Part shown: in pieces, positions 28,527 to 37,775 of the stretch | Layout: each line of letters starts with the position of its first letter | How positions within the stretch are numbered: the stretch's first letter is position 1 | Virus record (IMG/VR): IMGVR_UViG_3300021958_000035 | Coordinates: 31,217 to 95,216 of that record | Direction: 5' to 3' (one strand) | From: a virus | Lineage: Duplodnaviria; Caudoviricetes | DNA length: 64,000 nt | The notes under the pieces: model-generated | What the model saw: only the letters and a program-made list of their open reading frames with translations | What the model was told of the DNA's origin: nothing | Database searches by the model: none | Program-made: the position numbers and the translations under genes

Positions 28527-29274
28527 TAGCTTCATTACAAACGCTAGATCTAATAATTCTGGGTTACTCAGAGATGGGAAGATAACTGTAATACTTCTGG
28601 CTGAAAATTATGGCTACAGGATGAAGTCTTACGGTTCCATCTCTTTGATAGAATTTGAAGGTCAAACGTTATTAGAAAGACAAGTAAGTGCGATTAAGTC
28701 TGTTTTTTTAGAGTCCGAAATAATCTTATGTTCAGGTTTTGAAACAAACAAAGTTTACCACTTTGTAAACTCTAAATTCCCAAGCAGTTATAACATTAGA
28801 ATAGTAGAAAATCAAGTTTATTATCATTCAAATTGTTGTGAGGGTCTGAGATTATGCATGAACAATACGACCAACAACAGGATATTAGTATGCGGTGGTG
28901 GTGTAGTGCTGACACCAAAATTCTTGAAAAGTCTTAATCTTAGAAAGTCATCAATATTAACTCAGGTGGGAAAGAAAGAAGACACATTTGAGATAGGGGT
29001 GATACCAAACGATTCAAGATTAGAAAATATGTCTCTAGCGATTAAAGACAATGTATGGACCGAGCTACTGTACTTGACAGGAGAGCCACTCGTAAAATCT
29101 TTCTACAACTTAATATCCAAGGCAGAACTTAAAAACAAATTTCTGTTTGAGGCTATAAACTTATGGAAAGGCAGAAAGCAACTAAGTATTTTTGAAAACG
29201 ATTCTGACCCAATATTTAAAATTGACAACATAAAAACCCTCAAAAGGATAACCAATGAAAATTTTGTTCCATAA
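28513..29274 (+). CDS. Nucleotidyltransferase-fold protein (LicC/MobA-like), degenerate
   Basis: ILLAENYGYRMKSYGSISLI aligns to ILAAGxGxRMxxxxPKxLI; LLERQV, SGFE, IDNIKTL. Confidence 0.7.
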   Translation: MKKSNSFITNARSNNSGLLRDGKITVILLAENYGYRMKSYGSISLIEFEGQTLLERQVSAIKSVFLESEIILCSGFETNKVYHFVNSKFPSSYNIRIVENQVYYHSNCCEGLRLCMNNTTNNRILVCGGGVVLTPKFLKSLNLRKSSILTQVGKKEDTFEIGVIPNDSRLENMSLAIKDNVWTELLYLTGEPLVKSFYNLISKAELKNKFLFEAINLWKGRKQLSIFENDSDPIFKIDNIKTLKRITNENFVP

Positions 29275-30148
29275 TTACGCAAGTTCAACCTCTACAGAAC
29301 CTCTGTACCTTCATAACGCATTGCAAAAGTGCGGAGTGGAGAGCTTTATTTGGGGCGATCCCAGTATGAGTGCTTACGATGTTTTTGACACTACAAAGCC
29401 AGATGTATTTGTAACGCACTTCAAGACATTTAGTCAAGACATTTTTCAATACATGGAACAGAATAATGGATGCTCTCTAGTATTGAATGTAACTGGTGCA
29501 TCTCAGTCACAAGTTGACTCTATCGAGAAAGAACTAGAGAAGTCGAGTATCAAGGTGTCTTTCTTGTTTACGAACAGTCTTGAAAATAAAATAAAAACAA
29601 AACTCAAGCTACACAACCTTCTACCTGCGGCAGACCTGTTTAATCTTCCACCTCAACAAAATGTTAAGTCTATTTTGCCAGAAGCTATAATCTCTGATAA
29701 ATTTGACGAAAATGTTGAGAATTATATTGGTGAAAAGGACGTTTTCAATCTATTATATATTACGGAGGGAGACAAAGACAGCAACTTTGACATAAGGGTA
29801 AATGTCAGAAACCTTTCCCAACTTTACAGAGTGTATGACAAGATGTCTTTAGTTGGAGACAATAACTTGTGTTGCTCTCAGTTGTTCTTTGACATGGCGA
29901 TGTATTCCGACAATCCAGTTATTATAAGTTCGGACCAAGAAGGTTTCAATAAGTTTTTGGAGAATGTCTTCCAAGAGGCAAACCCTGAAGACAATTTAAT
30001 GGGTGAAATTAGAAACCAAATCAAAAATAGGCATACACCATTTCATAGAGCTTGGAGATTAATGAAATTCTTGGGTGACAAAGATGCGATGTCTAAAATT
30101 GACAACGTAAAAAATCAACTACCAACATTGATTAAGGATATGAAATGA
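29255..30148 (+). CDS. Degenerate GT-B (CgeB-like) protein
   Basis: MKILF start, KPDVF, PAAD, C-terminal HTPFHRA resembling the CgeB HTYxxR motif. Confidence 0.5.
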   Translation: MKILFHNYASSTSTEPLYLHNALQKCGVESFIWGDPSMSAYDVFDTTKPDVFVTHFKTFSQDIFQYMEQNNGCSLVLNVTGASQSQVDSIEKELEKSSIKVSFLFTNSLENKIKTKLKLHNLLPAADLFNLPPQQNVKSILPEAIISDKFDENVENYIGEKDVFNLLYITEGDKDSNFDIRVNVRNLSQLYRVYDKMSLVGDNNLCCSQLFFDMAMYSDNPVIISSDQEGFNKFLENVFQEANPEDNLMGEIRNQIKNRHTPFHRAWRLMKFLGDKDAMSKIDNVKNQLPTLIKDMK

Positions 30149-30855
30149 AACTATTGGTACAATTCCCAACATACGGAAGATCGGAGAAGTTCCTCCGTGT
30201 GCTGGACCAATACGTTGAGACGGTGAGTCCTCACCATGACGTATTTTTTAACATTAATTGTGATCTGAATGATTTAACTATGACAAATGCTTATATCCAA
30301 GAAAGGATTAAGTTTATCTTGGGTAAGATGTCTAATGTAAGTGGAGTAGTTAATTATGATGAGAACACCAACAAGATCAGTGCAATCAACGATCACATCG
30401 ACGAGCATGAGTTTGACATCGTTATTTGTGCCAGCGACGATATGGTTCCCAAGGCTTTGGGTTGGGACAATGAGATTGCGATTGCCATGCAAGAACACTT
30501 TCCAGATCTAGATGGTTGTATTCATTTTAATGATGGGAACACAGATGGAGAACTTATTACCTTTTCTATTCTTGGAAAAGCATTGTATGACCATTTTGGT
30601 TACATCTATCACCCAGACTACAAAAGCCTTTATTGCGACGATGAGTTCACGCAAGAGGTAAAACGTATGGGTAAAGAGAAGTATATCAATAAAGTCATTA
30701 TCTCTCATGAGCATTGGAGTATTGAAGGTTCTGAGAATCATAATCAAGCAGATATCGCTGTTCAAAAAACCCTGCACTACTCTGGGCGAGATCAGCTTGT
30801 GTTTAACGAGCGTAAAAAGATGGGCTTCCCTAAGCAAAGGATAACAAATGACTAA
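30145..30855 (+). CDS. GT2-like (GT-A) glycosyltransferase
   Basis: FPTYGR, KISAIN, ASDDM, YIYHPDYKSLYCDDE, HEH. Confidence 0.8.
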   Translation: MKLLVQFPTYGRSEKFLRVLDQYVETVSPHHDVFFNINCDLNDLTMTNAYIQERIKFILGKMSNVSGVVNYDENTNKISAINDHIDEHEFDIVICASDDMVPKALGWDNEIAIAMQEHFPDLDGCIHFNDGNTDGELITFSILGKALYDHFGYIYHPDYKSLYCDDEFTQEVKRMGKEKYINKVIISHEHWSIEGSENHNQADIAVQKTLHYSGRDQLVFNERKKMGFPKQRITND

Positions 30856-31474
30856 AGTTATTGGTTTCTCTCTATGGGGAGACAATCCAAAATATACTGT
30901 CGGTGCAATAAGAAACGCACAACTCGCACCTGAGATTTATCCGGGTTGGGAGTGCCACTTTTATATTGGCGATGATGTGCCGCAAGATGTCATTGATACA
31001 CTATCCACTGATAACACTGTTATTCTAATGAATGGATCAGGCTGGAACGCTACCTTTTGGCGTTTCCTGTCTGCTGATAAGGCTGATGTTTTTATTTCAA
31101 GAGATACAGACTCTCGGCTAAGCCCAAGAGAAAAAGCCGCAGTAGACGAATGGCTTGCTAGTGATAAAGACTTTCACATCATGCGTGACCATCCATACCA
31201 CCAAACAGAGATTCTTGCGGGAATGTGGGGTTGTAGAAATGGCATCCTTAGTGGCATCAGAGATATGGTGTTTAACTATGATATGAGAGACTACGATCAG
31301 ACATATCAGAACGATCAGAACTTTTTAAGAGAGGTCGTTTGGCCTATAGTCCGAGATAAAACATTTGTTCATGACCCATATTTTAGCGTAGGGCATGAAT
31401 TTCCAACCGTGAGAGAGGATACTCAAGACTTCGTTGGGCAAGTATTTGATGAAAAAGAAAGGCCACAATTTTGA
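30848..31474 (+). CDS. Conserved GT-A-like protein
   Basis: FSLWG..KY..GA..NA, WRFL, SRDTDSR, FHIMRDHPYH, AGMWG, DQNFL. Confidence 0.7.
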   Translation: MTKVIGFSLWGDNPKYTVGAIRNAQLAPEIYPGWECHFYIGDDVPQDVIDTLSTDNTVILMNGSGWNATFWRFLSADKADVFISRDTDSRLSPREKAAVDEWLASDKDFHIMRDHPYHQTEILAGMWGCRNGILSGIRDMVFNYDMRDYDQTYQNDQNFLREVVWPIVRDKTFVHDPYFSVGHEFPTVREDTQDFVGQVFDEKERPQF

Positions 31475-32331
31475 AAATCTTAATTATACAAGAAAACGGT
31501 CATCATGACCTAAACAGAAACTTTAGAGAATGTTTTTGTCTAAAGCGTGGTTTTGAGCATCATGGTGCTACAGTAGAAATTTGGGGTAAGGGTCACGATG
31601 GTTTCGATCCAAATCCAGACCAGCGAATGTATGACCAATATTTCAGCCACTTCGATCTAGTGATTGCTATTGAAAACTGGGACTGGATGCCAGATATGAG
31701 TAGAATACACACCAAGAAATTTATCTGGGCGATTGACGCACACTGTAAAGGCTCGCGAGTATACGAGCAGTATGGATTTGACAAGGTTCTACATGCTTCC
31801 TCGATGTTTGCAGAGGATGGTTGTTGGCTTCCAAATTGCTACGACGACACTATTATTTATCCGTTAGAAAATTTACACTACTGGGAAGAAAATATCGACT
31901 ACAAAAGTCATGGCATTGGTTTCTGTGGCAATGTAGTAAATAGACAGCCATACATTGACATATTAAAGGCTAATTTCCCACAGTTTAGATTTGACGAATT
32001 TGTGATTGGGCCGGACATGGTTGAGGCAGTCAATTCATATCTTGTGCATTGGAACGCTAATATTGGAGTTGATGTAAATTACAGAAACTTCGAAACGATG
32101 GGTTGTCAAACAATGCTTTTAACCTCTGAACACTCCGCCTACGGCCCGCTTGGAATTAAAGACGGAGTAAACTGCCTTACTTATAGCAATACGATGGAAA
32201 TGATTAACAAAGCTAAATATGCAATTGACAATGATAATTATAGAGAAGACATTGCGAGGGAGGGCTATGAACTCGTTAAACAAAACCATACCTATAAAAA
32301 TAGGGCACAACAAATATTGGAGATGCTATGA
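31471..32331 (+). CDS. CgeB/Glyco_trans_1_2-family glycosyltransferase
   Basis: IGFCG, NYRNFETMGC, IAREGYELVKQNHTYKNR. Confidence 0.85.
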   Translation: MKILIIQENGHHDLNRNFRECFCLKRGFEHHGATVEIWGKGHDGFDPNPDQRMYDQYFSHFDLVIAIENWDWMPDMSRIHTKKFIWAIDAHCKGSRVYEQYGFDKVLHASSMFAEDGCWLPNCYDDTIIYPLENLHYWEENIDYKSHGIGFCGNVVNRQPYIDILKANFPQFRFDEFVIGPDMVEAVNSYLVHWNANIGVDVNYRNFETMGCQTMLLTSEHSAYGPLGIKDGVNCLTYSNTMEMINKAKYAIDNDNYREDIAREGYELVKQNHTYKNRAQQILEML

Positions 32332-33038
32332 GAATAGTCGGACTTATGCTCGCCTCGAACAATGAGGAAAATGGTCGTTCTTATATGGACATGGTAACTG
32401 CCTGTAAAGAAACATGGATCGCAAACAGGCACCCTAATGTAGAAGTTATCGCTACTTGGGGTAAAACATACCAACCTTACATTACAGAAAAAGTAAAAGA
32501 AGGAGAGTGGACACTCACTCAAGAAAATGATCTTCTGATAAATACAGAGGAACATAGAGCGAATCTACTTATCAAGACAATTAAGGGCATGGAATGTGCC
32601 TTATTGAAATACCCAGATTTGGACTATGTTTTTAGACCAAACTGCGGTAGCTACGTCAAAACAGACTTGTTGTATGAATTTTTGCAGGACAGGCCGAAAG
32701 AAAAGTATTTCGGAGGTATTCTTGGTAAGCACGAAGGTATTCCATTCATCTCTGGTGCATGTATGTTGTTCAGTAGAGATGTTGTAGAATTGATAGTAGA
32801 AAATCAAGATAAGATCAATTTAGATGGTTGGAAAATGATAGACGATGTAAGTCTCGCCCAGTATCTTTGTTCAGAAGGTATCGAGCCAACGGGGGATGGA
32901 CATAGAGTCCTAGCTGGTAATGAACAGGAACTAAGAGATTCTTGGGATAGGAAATGTTACCACTATTACTTCTGCCACACAATTAATCCAGAGTTAATTC
33001 GTAAGACACACTTATTGTTTAGGGGGTCTGCTAAATGA
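32328..33038 (+). CDS. GT31-like (galactosyltransferase-type) glycosyltransferase
   Basis: ETW, LIKT, DYVFRPN..SYV, FISGACMLFSRD, IDDV. Confidence 0.7.
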   Translation: MRIVGLMLASNNEENGRSYMDMVTACKETWIANRHPNVEVIATWGKTYQPYITEKVKEGEWTLTQENDLLINTEEHRANLLIKTIKGMECALLKYPDLDYVFRPNCGSYVKTDLLYEFLQDRPKEKYFGGILGKHEGIPFISGACMLFSRDVVELIVENQDKINLDGWKMIDDVSLAQYLCSEGIEPTGDGHRVLAGNEQELRDSWDRKCYHYYFCHTINPELIRKTHLLFRGSAK

Positions 33039-33823
33039 AGATTGATAGAATCATTACATCAATAAATGATAACCCGGATTATATCTCTTTTGCACAATTT
33101 ACGTGTTGGGCATGGCATAAGCTAGGTTATAAAGTAACGTTAAACATTGTTGGAAACCACACCGTTGACGTAGGGGAGACTGCTGACGTTGTGAACTGGG
33201 ACAATCTACCGCATGTAGAGAGTAAAAAGCAATCTCAGTTTATTAGGATGTATAACGCAAGCACATATGGCGACGAAGTGTGTATGATTGCAGACATTGA
33301 TATGGTCCCCTTGAGTGATGCACCTCTTATAGCTTATGGTAGGGTTCCAGAAGATCATATAGCTCAATTCGGCTATGAGCATCCGGCCTTCCAGAGACAT
33401 CCAGATATTGGAAAATGGCCCATGCATGGTACTGCTGGAAAGGGTGGTACGTTCAAGGAAATCATTAACCCGAACGATAAGAGTTTGACAGCTTGTGTTT
33501 CGGGTTGGGATATTTCCATGCCAGACTATCGAGCGAGACCTATGATGAATGGATATTTTTGTGACGAATCTCTAATCAAATGCCTTCTAGATAATTGGTC
33601 GGGAAAAGACAGTAGAGTGAGTAGAATACTGAGAAAAGAGTCTGGAGATTTTAAACAACACGCAGACGGAGGATATACTGTTTATGGAAGAATAGACAGA
33701 GAAAAATGGAAAACCTTAGAGGGTGAAAACTTACAAGATTACTTTGAAATTCATGGGCCAAGACCCTTTACGCAAGAATGGTACAGTCCGGTTACTAAGC
33801 ATTTACAGGAGATAACGAAATGA
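33035..33823 (+). CDS. GT-A-like protein
   Basis: QFIRMY, IADIDMVPL (DxD), DE motif. Confidence 0.6.
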   Translation: MKIDRIITSINDNPDYISFAQFTCWAWHKLGYKVTLNIVGNHTVDVGETADVVNWDNLPHVESKKQSQFIRMYNASTYGDEVCMIADIDMVPLSDAPLIAYGRVPEDHIAQFGYEHPAFQRHPDIGKWPMHGTAGKGGTFKEIINPNDKSLTACVSGWDISMPDYRARPMMNGYFCDESLIKCLLDNWSGKDSRVSRILRKESGDFKQHADGGYTVYGRIDREKWKTLEGENLQDYFEIHGPRPFTQEWYSPVTKHLQEITK

Positions 33824-34326
33824 GTTGGCAAGGTCATAGTCACAGAAAAGTCCTAGAAGCAATAATGAAATGCTTGGACATTAAAAGCGTATTTGAATTC
33901 GGTAGTGGGCTAGGTAGTACACCTATATTTCTTGAGGGGTCTAGTGAAGTTCATAGTGTAGAAATGCAAAGCGAAGAATGGTTTCAAGCAGTCCAAAAAG
34001 AACTAGGTCATAATAAGCATTTTAAATATGAAATCATGATGGGGCCAACTGATGCAATAACTTATTTTTCTAATCTAGGAAAGAGATACGATTTGGTTTT
34101 TGTTGATGGTCATGGATCAAGTAGGCCAGAATGTATAAATGAGGCGTTTAAATTTACGAATATTGTTGCAACCCACGACACAGAAACATCAAGCTATGGT
34201 TGGGATAGAATTCTAAAACCCGAAGGTTGGACTAGATTAGATTATACGCTTGAGTCCCCTTGGACAACAATATTTTTCAATGAATCATCAGACATGGATA
34301 AATTGACAAAGGAATTAAATATATGA
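33820..34326 (+). CDS. Class I SAM methyltransferase
   Basis: VFEFGSGLGST, SVE, YDLVFVDG, HDTE. Confidence 0.85.
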   Translation: MSWQGHSHRKVLEAIMKCLDIKSVFEFGSGLGSTPIFLEGSSEVHSVEMQSEEWFQAVQKELGHNKHFKYEIMMGPTDAITYFSNLGKRYDLVFVDGHGSSRPECINEAFKFTNIVATHDTETSSYGWDRILKPEGWTRLDYTLESPWTTIFFNESSDMDKLTKELNI

Positions 34327-35333
34327 AAATATTATTAACTGGTGGTTCGGGATTTCTAGGAAAGAATATCGTAGGTCATTTCAATGTAGTGAATATCTGT
34401 GACGGTTCTTCGTGGAACTCACTTAGTGATGGTCCGGGCGGCACTGTATTAGAAGACAAATCTGAACTAAGCTACAATGTAATACCTATGAGTAGCAAGA
34501 TCTACGACCTTAGAGACAGCTATGCTTGTAAGAAAGCATTAGAATATTATACCCCCGATGTTGTTGTTCATGCTGCTGGTAGTGTTGGTGGTATTCTAGC
34601 TAACCGTGAAAATCCCGGAAAGTTTATGTACGACAATCTTGCTATGGGTATGAACATGATGGAGCGTACTCGACAATACCGAGATAAAACTCAGAAAGAT
34701 GTAAAGTTTATCATGTTGGGTACAGTTTGTGCATATCCAAAGCACACACCGACACCATTCTTGGAAAGCTACCTATGGGAAGGTTATCCAGAGGAAACTA
34801 ACGCACCTTATGGTATCGCTAAGAAGACTTTGATGAAGATGGGCGAGACTTATTATGAACAATATGGGATGAATATTGTTAATCTCATTCCTGTAAACAT
34901 GTACGGCCCATACGATCATTTTAATCTCACAAGTAGCCATGTAATACCTGCCCTTATTTTGAAGTTTTATAACGCCATTAAAAACGGCGAGCAAGAAATC
35001 AACGTTTGGGGTACAGGTACAGCGTCTAGAGAGTTTTTGTATGCTGGCGATTGTGCCGAAGCGATTCGTTTGGCTATTCATAACGACGTTGGGCCAGAAC
35101 CAATCAATATTGGAACTGGCAAAGAGATCACAATTCATGACCTAGTGACTGAGATTGCAGAACAAATGGGATATGAAGGAACAATCAGGTGGGAAACAGA
35201 TAAACCTGATGGGCAACCTCGTCGTTGTCTAAACACCCATCAGGCTACTGAGAAGTTGAACTTTAGAGCTTCAACAGATTTACAAGCTGGACTTAAACAT
35301 ACAATAGAATGGTTTTTAAAGGAGAATAAATAA
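34323..35333 (+). CDS. fcl: GDP-L-fucose synthase
   Basis: TGGSGFLG, VGGILAN, GTVCAYPK, PEETNAPYGIAK, SHVIPAL, WGTGTASREFLY, KPDGQPRR. Confidence 0.95.
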   Translation: MKILLTGGSGFLGKNIVGHFNVVNICDGSSWNSLSDGPGGTVLEDKSELSYNVIPMSSKIYDLRDSYACKKALEYYTPDVVVHAAGSVGGILANRENPGKFMYDNLAMGMNMMERTRQYRDKTQKDVKFIMLGTVCAYPKHTPTPFLESYLWEGYPEETNAPYGIAKKTLMKMGETYYEQYGMNIVNLIPVNMYGPYDHFNLTSSHVIPALILKFYNAIKNGEQEINVWGTGTASREFLYAGDCAEAIRLAIHNDVGPEPINIGTGKEITIHDLVTEIAEQMGYEGTIRWETDKPDGQPRRCLNTHQATEKLNFRASTDLQAGLKHTIEWFLKENK

Positions 35334-35773
35334 TGAACTTAGGATTTTTCGTACCTACTAGTGCTGGCACTCCACAAAATACAAAGATTTACAATTTTCT
35401 AAACAATTCAGTTGAAGACCTCACCTCCGCTTCTGTATTTTTCAACGACATTGGGTTTAATCCTGTAGCTCCTAGATTTGGAATGTTTGACTCTGCTGAT
35501 ATGTGGAGCTTTAGTGGCAACCTAGTTTGTACCACAATAGATAATTTAAGAAGGGCGGTGTCAACTGTCAACAATATTAAACTTGTATATCTCTTTAGTT
35601 CCAGTGAAGATATAGAAAAAAACTTGTTTGACTTTGTTGGTATAGCACAGACATATAAGGTACTCGTAGATAATCTAGTAGACTATAACACGTTTTACAG
35701 ACTGACAGGGCACAAGCCGGTTCTCGTAGAGGATTGGTCGGTCGATAAATTAAAGGAGATTTTCAATGGCTAG
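35333..35773 (+). CDS. Hypothetical protein (last gene of glycan island)
   Basis: TAATG-coupled ORF with GGAG RBS. Confidence 0.65.
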   Translation: MNLGFFVPTSAGTPQNTKIYNFLNNSVEDLTSASVFFNDIGFNPVAPRFGMFDSADMWSFSGNLVCTTIDNLRRAVSTVNNIKLVYLFSSSEDIEKNLFDFVGIAQTYKVLVDNLVDYNTFYRLTGHKPVLVEDWSVDKLKEIFNG

Positions 35774-36530
35774 TTTTGACGATAAAGTTGTTAGCTTGTA
35801 TAATGAGCAAAATAAAAGTACGTATGAGATTGCGAAACAACTAAGCACTTACCCAAATAAGATTAGGCGAACACTAATTAAGCATGGGTATGAGTTGAAG
35901 GATAAAAGTGCGGCACAAAAAGCTGCACTAAAATCTGGTCGCAGTTCTCACCCCACTGCCGGTAAAAAAAGAACTGACGCTGAGAAGATCGCAATTAGTC
36001 AGAGTCTCGTGAACTACTGGGAGGAAATGAGCGACAAAGAGAAAGCTCGAAGAGTCAAGCAGGCAAAAAATAACTGGCAAAATATGTCTGCAAAACAGAA
36101 AGAAGAAATGCGATCTAAGGGTATTGCTGCAATTAGAACTGCCGCAAAAGAAGGCTCTAAAATGGAGCTATGGGTAAAAGGGAAACTAGAAGAAGCTGGT
36201 TTCTCGGTCAGGATGCATGTTTTAATAATTCCGGCAGAAAATCTGGAAATTGACTTGTACATTCCTGATTTGAAGACTATAATAGAGGTAGACGGGCCAA
36301 GTCATTTCTTACCTATTTGGGGAGAGAAAAAGCTCCAGAAACAGGTAAATGCAGACTTAAGAAAGTCAGGTGCCCTTTTGTCTAAAGGATACGCAGTGAT
36401 CCGTTTGAAGTCACTGGGACAGGAAAGTTTGGCAAAACGTGAAGAGATGTTGTCATCTGTAGTAGATGAAGTAACCAAGATCTCTAAAAAGTTTCCGCCA
36501 AAAGGTAAACGTTTTATTGAGGTTGAATAA
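35766..36530 (+). CDS. HTH + NUMOD3-like + Vsr/DUF559-type endonuclease
   Basis: STYEIAKQL HTH, GKKRTDAEKIAIS basic repeat, EIDLYIP..IEVDGPSHF..GYAVIR. Confidence 0.75.
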   Translation: MASFDDKVVSLYNEQNKSTYEIAKQLSTYPNKIRRTLIKHGYELKDKSAAQKAALKSGRSSHPTAGKKRTDAEKIAISQSLVNYWEEMSDKEKARRVKQAKNNWQNMSAKQKEEMRSKGIAAIRTAAKEGSKMELWVKGKLEEAGFSVRMHVLIIPAENLEIDLYIPDLKTIIEVDGPSHFLPIWGEKKLQKQVNADLRKSGALLSKGYAVIRLKSLGQESLAKREEMLSSVVDEVTKISKKFPPKGKRFIEVE

Positions 36531-37291
36531 TGGATAATGATGATTTGTTCGTGGGCGTAGCTCTTGATACTCCACAAAATGTTGACACTAGTGTAAAGGA
36601 CGAGATTGTGACAGAAGGACCAAGCCCCACTGATATAGAGTGGAATGACTATGTTTTAGGGCTGTTTGATGAGAATGAACTGTACGATGGGCGACCATTG
36701 TGTGCAGGGTTGAGGAGAGTAGCAGAACTTCTGCTAGGAAGGATCGTTAGTAGTAGACCAACTCAAGTGTTTCCCCCCACGGAGGGGGATTCTATTGGTA
36801 GAGCTACTGTTATCTGGGAAGTAGTGTTTGAAGATGGTAGTCTTTTCAGTGATGTTGCAGACTGCTGGGAAGGCAACACAGACGACACATTTTGCGTGTT
36901 TAACACCGCTACAGCAGCAACGAGGGCTGAAGGGCGTGCTTTAAGAAAAGCCCTTAGAATCAAGACTGTGGCCGCTGAAGAGATGACCAAGAAGAATACT
37001 GCTAGTATTGTACGCAGTATCAGCCAAGCTAAAGAGATGGCGAATACAGATGGTGAGTACAATGACTCATCAAGAATAACTGATCCGCAAGCTAGGTTTG
37101 TTGATGGCAAATGTAAACAGTTAAATATAGACGTAGAAGTATTTTTTAAGGAGATATTCAATGCGGATGTAAAGCGTAAAGTAACGAAGAGTCAGGCCAG
37201 CGATGCTATTCGCTTGTTGGGCGGTGATTATCAGAAAGACAAGAGTTTATATGCTAATTTCATGGGTTATAAACCTGATTGGAGAGACTAA
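36530..37291 (+). CDS. Putative Rad52/Sak-like single-strand annealing protein
   Basis: ATAATRAEGRALRKALRI resembles the AxTxAxGRAL motif; C-terminal ITDPQ..F / TKSQASDAI module. Confidence 0.5.
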   Translation: MDNDDLFVGVALDTPQNVDTSVKDEIVTEGPSPTDIEWNDYVLGLFDENELYDGRPLCAGLRRVAELLLGRIVSSRPTQVFPPTEGDSIGRATVIWEVVFEDGSLFSDVADCWEGNTDDTFCVFNTATAATRAEGRALRKALRIKTVAAEEMTKKNTASIVRSISQAKEMANTDGEYNDSSRITDPQARFVDGKCKQLNIDVEVFFKEIFNADVKRKVTKSQASDAIRLLGGDYQKDKSLYANFMGYKPDWRD

Positions 37292-37624
37292 ATGAAGGTA
37301 AACTACCAAACTAAGAATGGTCGTCTAAGCGTTGAGCTTGAGGGCGACTCTCAAAAAGAGATTTTCGAACAAATTTCGCGGTTCCAAGAAGTATTTGAGG
37401 AAACTGCGTGCGTTAAATGCGGCTCTGAAAATATCCGCTTCGTTGTTAGAAATGTAGATGATAATCTATATTATGAGCTTCGTTGTGGAGATTGTGGGGC
37501 GAGGTTATCCTTTGGTTCTCATAAGAAGGGTGGTGGATTGTTCCCGAAACGTAAAGATGGCGACAATTGGTTGCCCGACCGTGGTTGGGTAAAATGGAAC
37601 CCGGAGACTGAAAAGAACGAATAA
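37292..37624 (+). CDS. Zinc-ribbon hypothetical protein
   Basis: CVKCGS...CGDCGA; LFPKRKD..GW. Confidence 0.7.
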   Translation: MKVNYQTKNGRLSVELEGDSQKEIFEQISRFQEVFEETACVKCGSENIRFVVRNVDDNLYYELRCGDCGARLSFGSHKKGGGLFPKRKDGDNWLPDRGWVKWNPETEKNE

Positions 37625-37634
37625 AAGGGGATCT

Positions 37635-37674
37635 AAAAAAGAAGGGCGGGGCTTTCTGGCCCTGCCCTTTTTCT
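37635..37674. terminator. Bidirectional rho-independent terminator
   Basis: A6-g-aagggcggggc-tttctg-gccctgccctt-T run, between convergent gene blocks. Confidence 0.85.
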
Positions 37675-37679
37675 CTTAG

Positions 37680-37739
37680 GGTCTGCTGAAAAGGTCATAG
37701 ATTTCACATCTATTCACCCTTCACGCAGGCCTTTTTTTT
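37680..37739 (+). terminator. Second long imperfect hairpin with U8 tail
   Basis: ggtctgc/gcaggcc, tgaa/ttca and atagat/atctat stems followed by T8. Confidence 0.6.
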
Positions 37740-37775
37740 ACTTTACAAGGAATCCCAAGGAAATATATCTGCTCC

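Noticed and set aside
21145-35773. Bacterial O-antigen/capsule locus (host contamination)
   Set aside because: Translationally coupled to phage genes on both sides, similar base composition by eye, and no wzx/wzy/export genes
37625-37775. tRNA or other known RNA gene in intergenic gaps
   Set aside because: No cloverleaf or T-loop GTTC pattern; only hairpins
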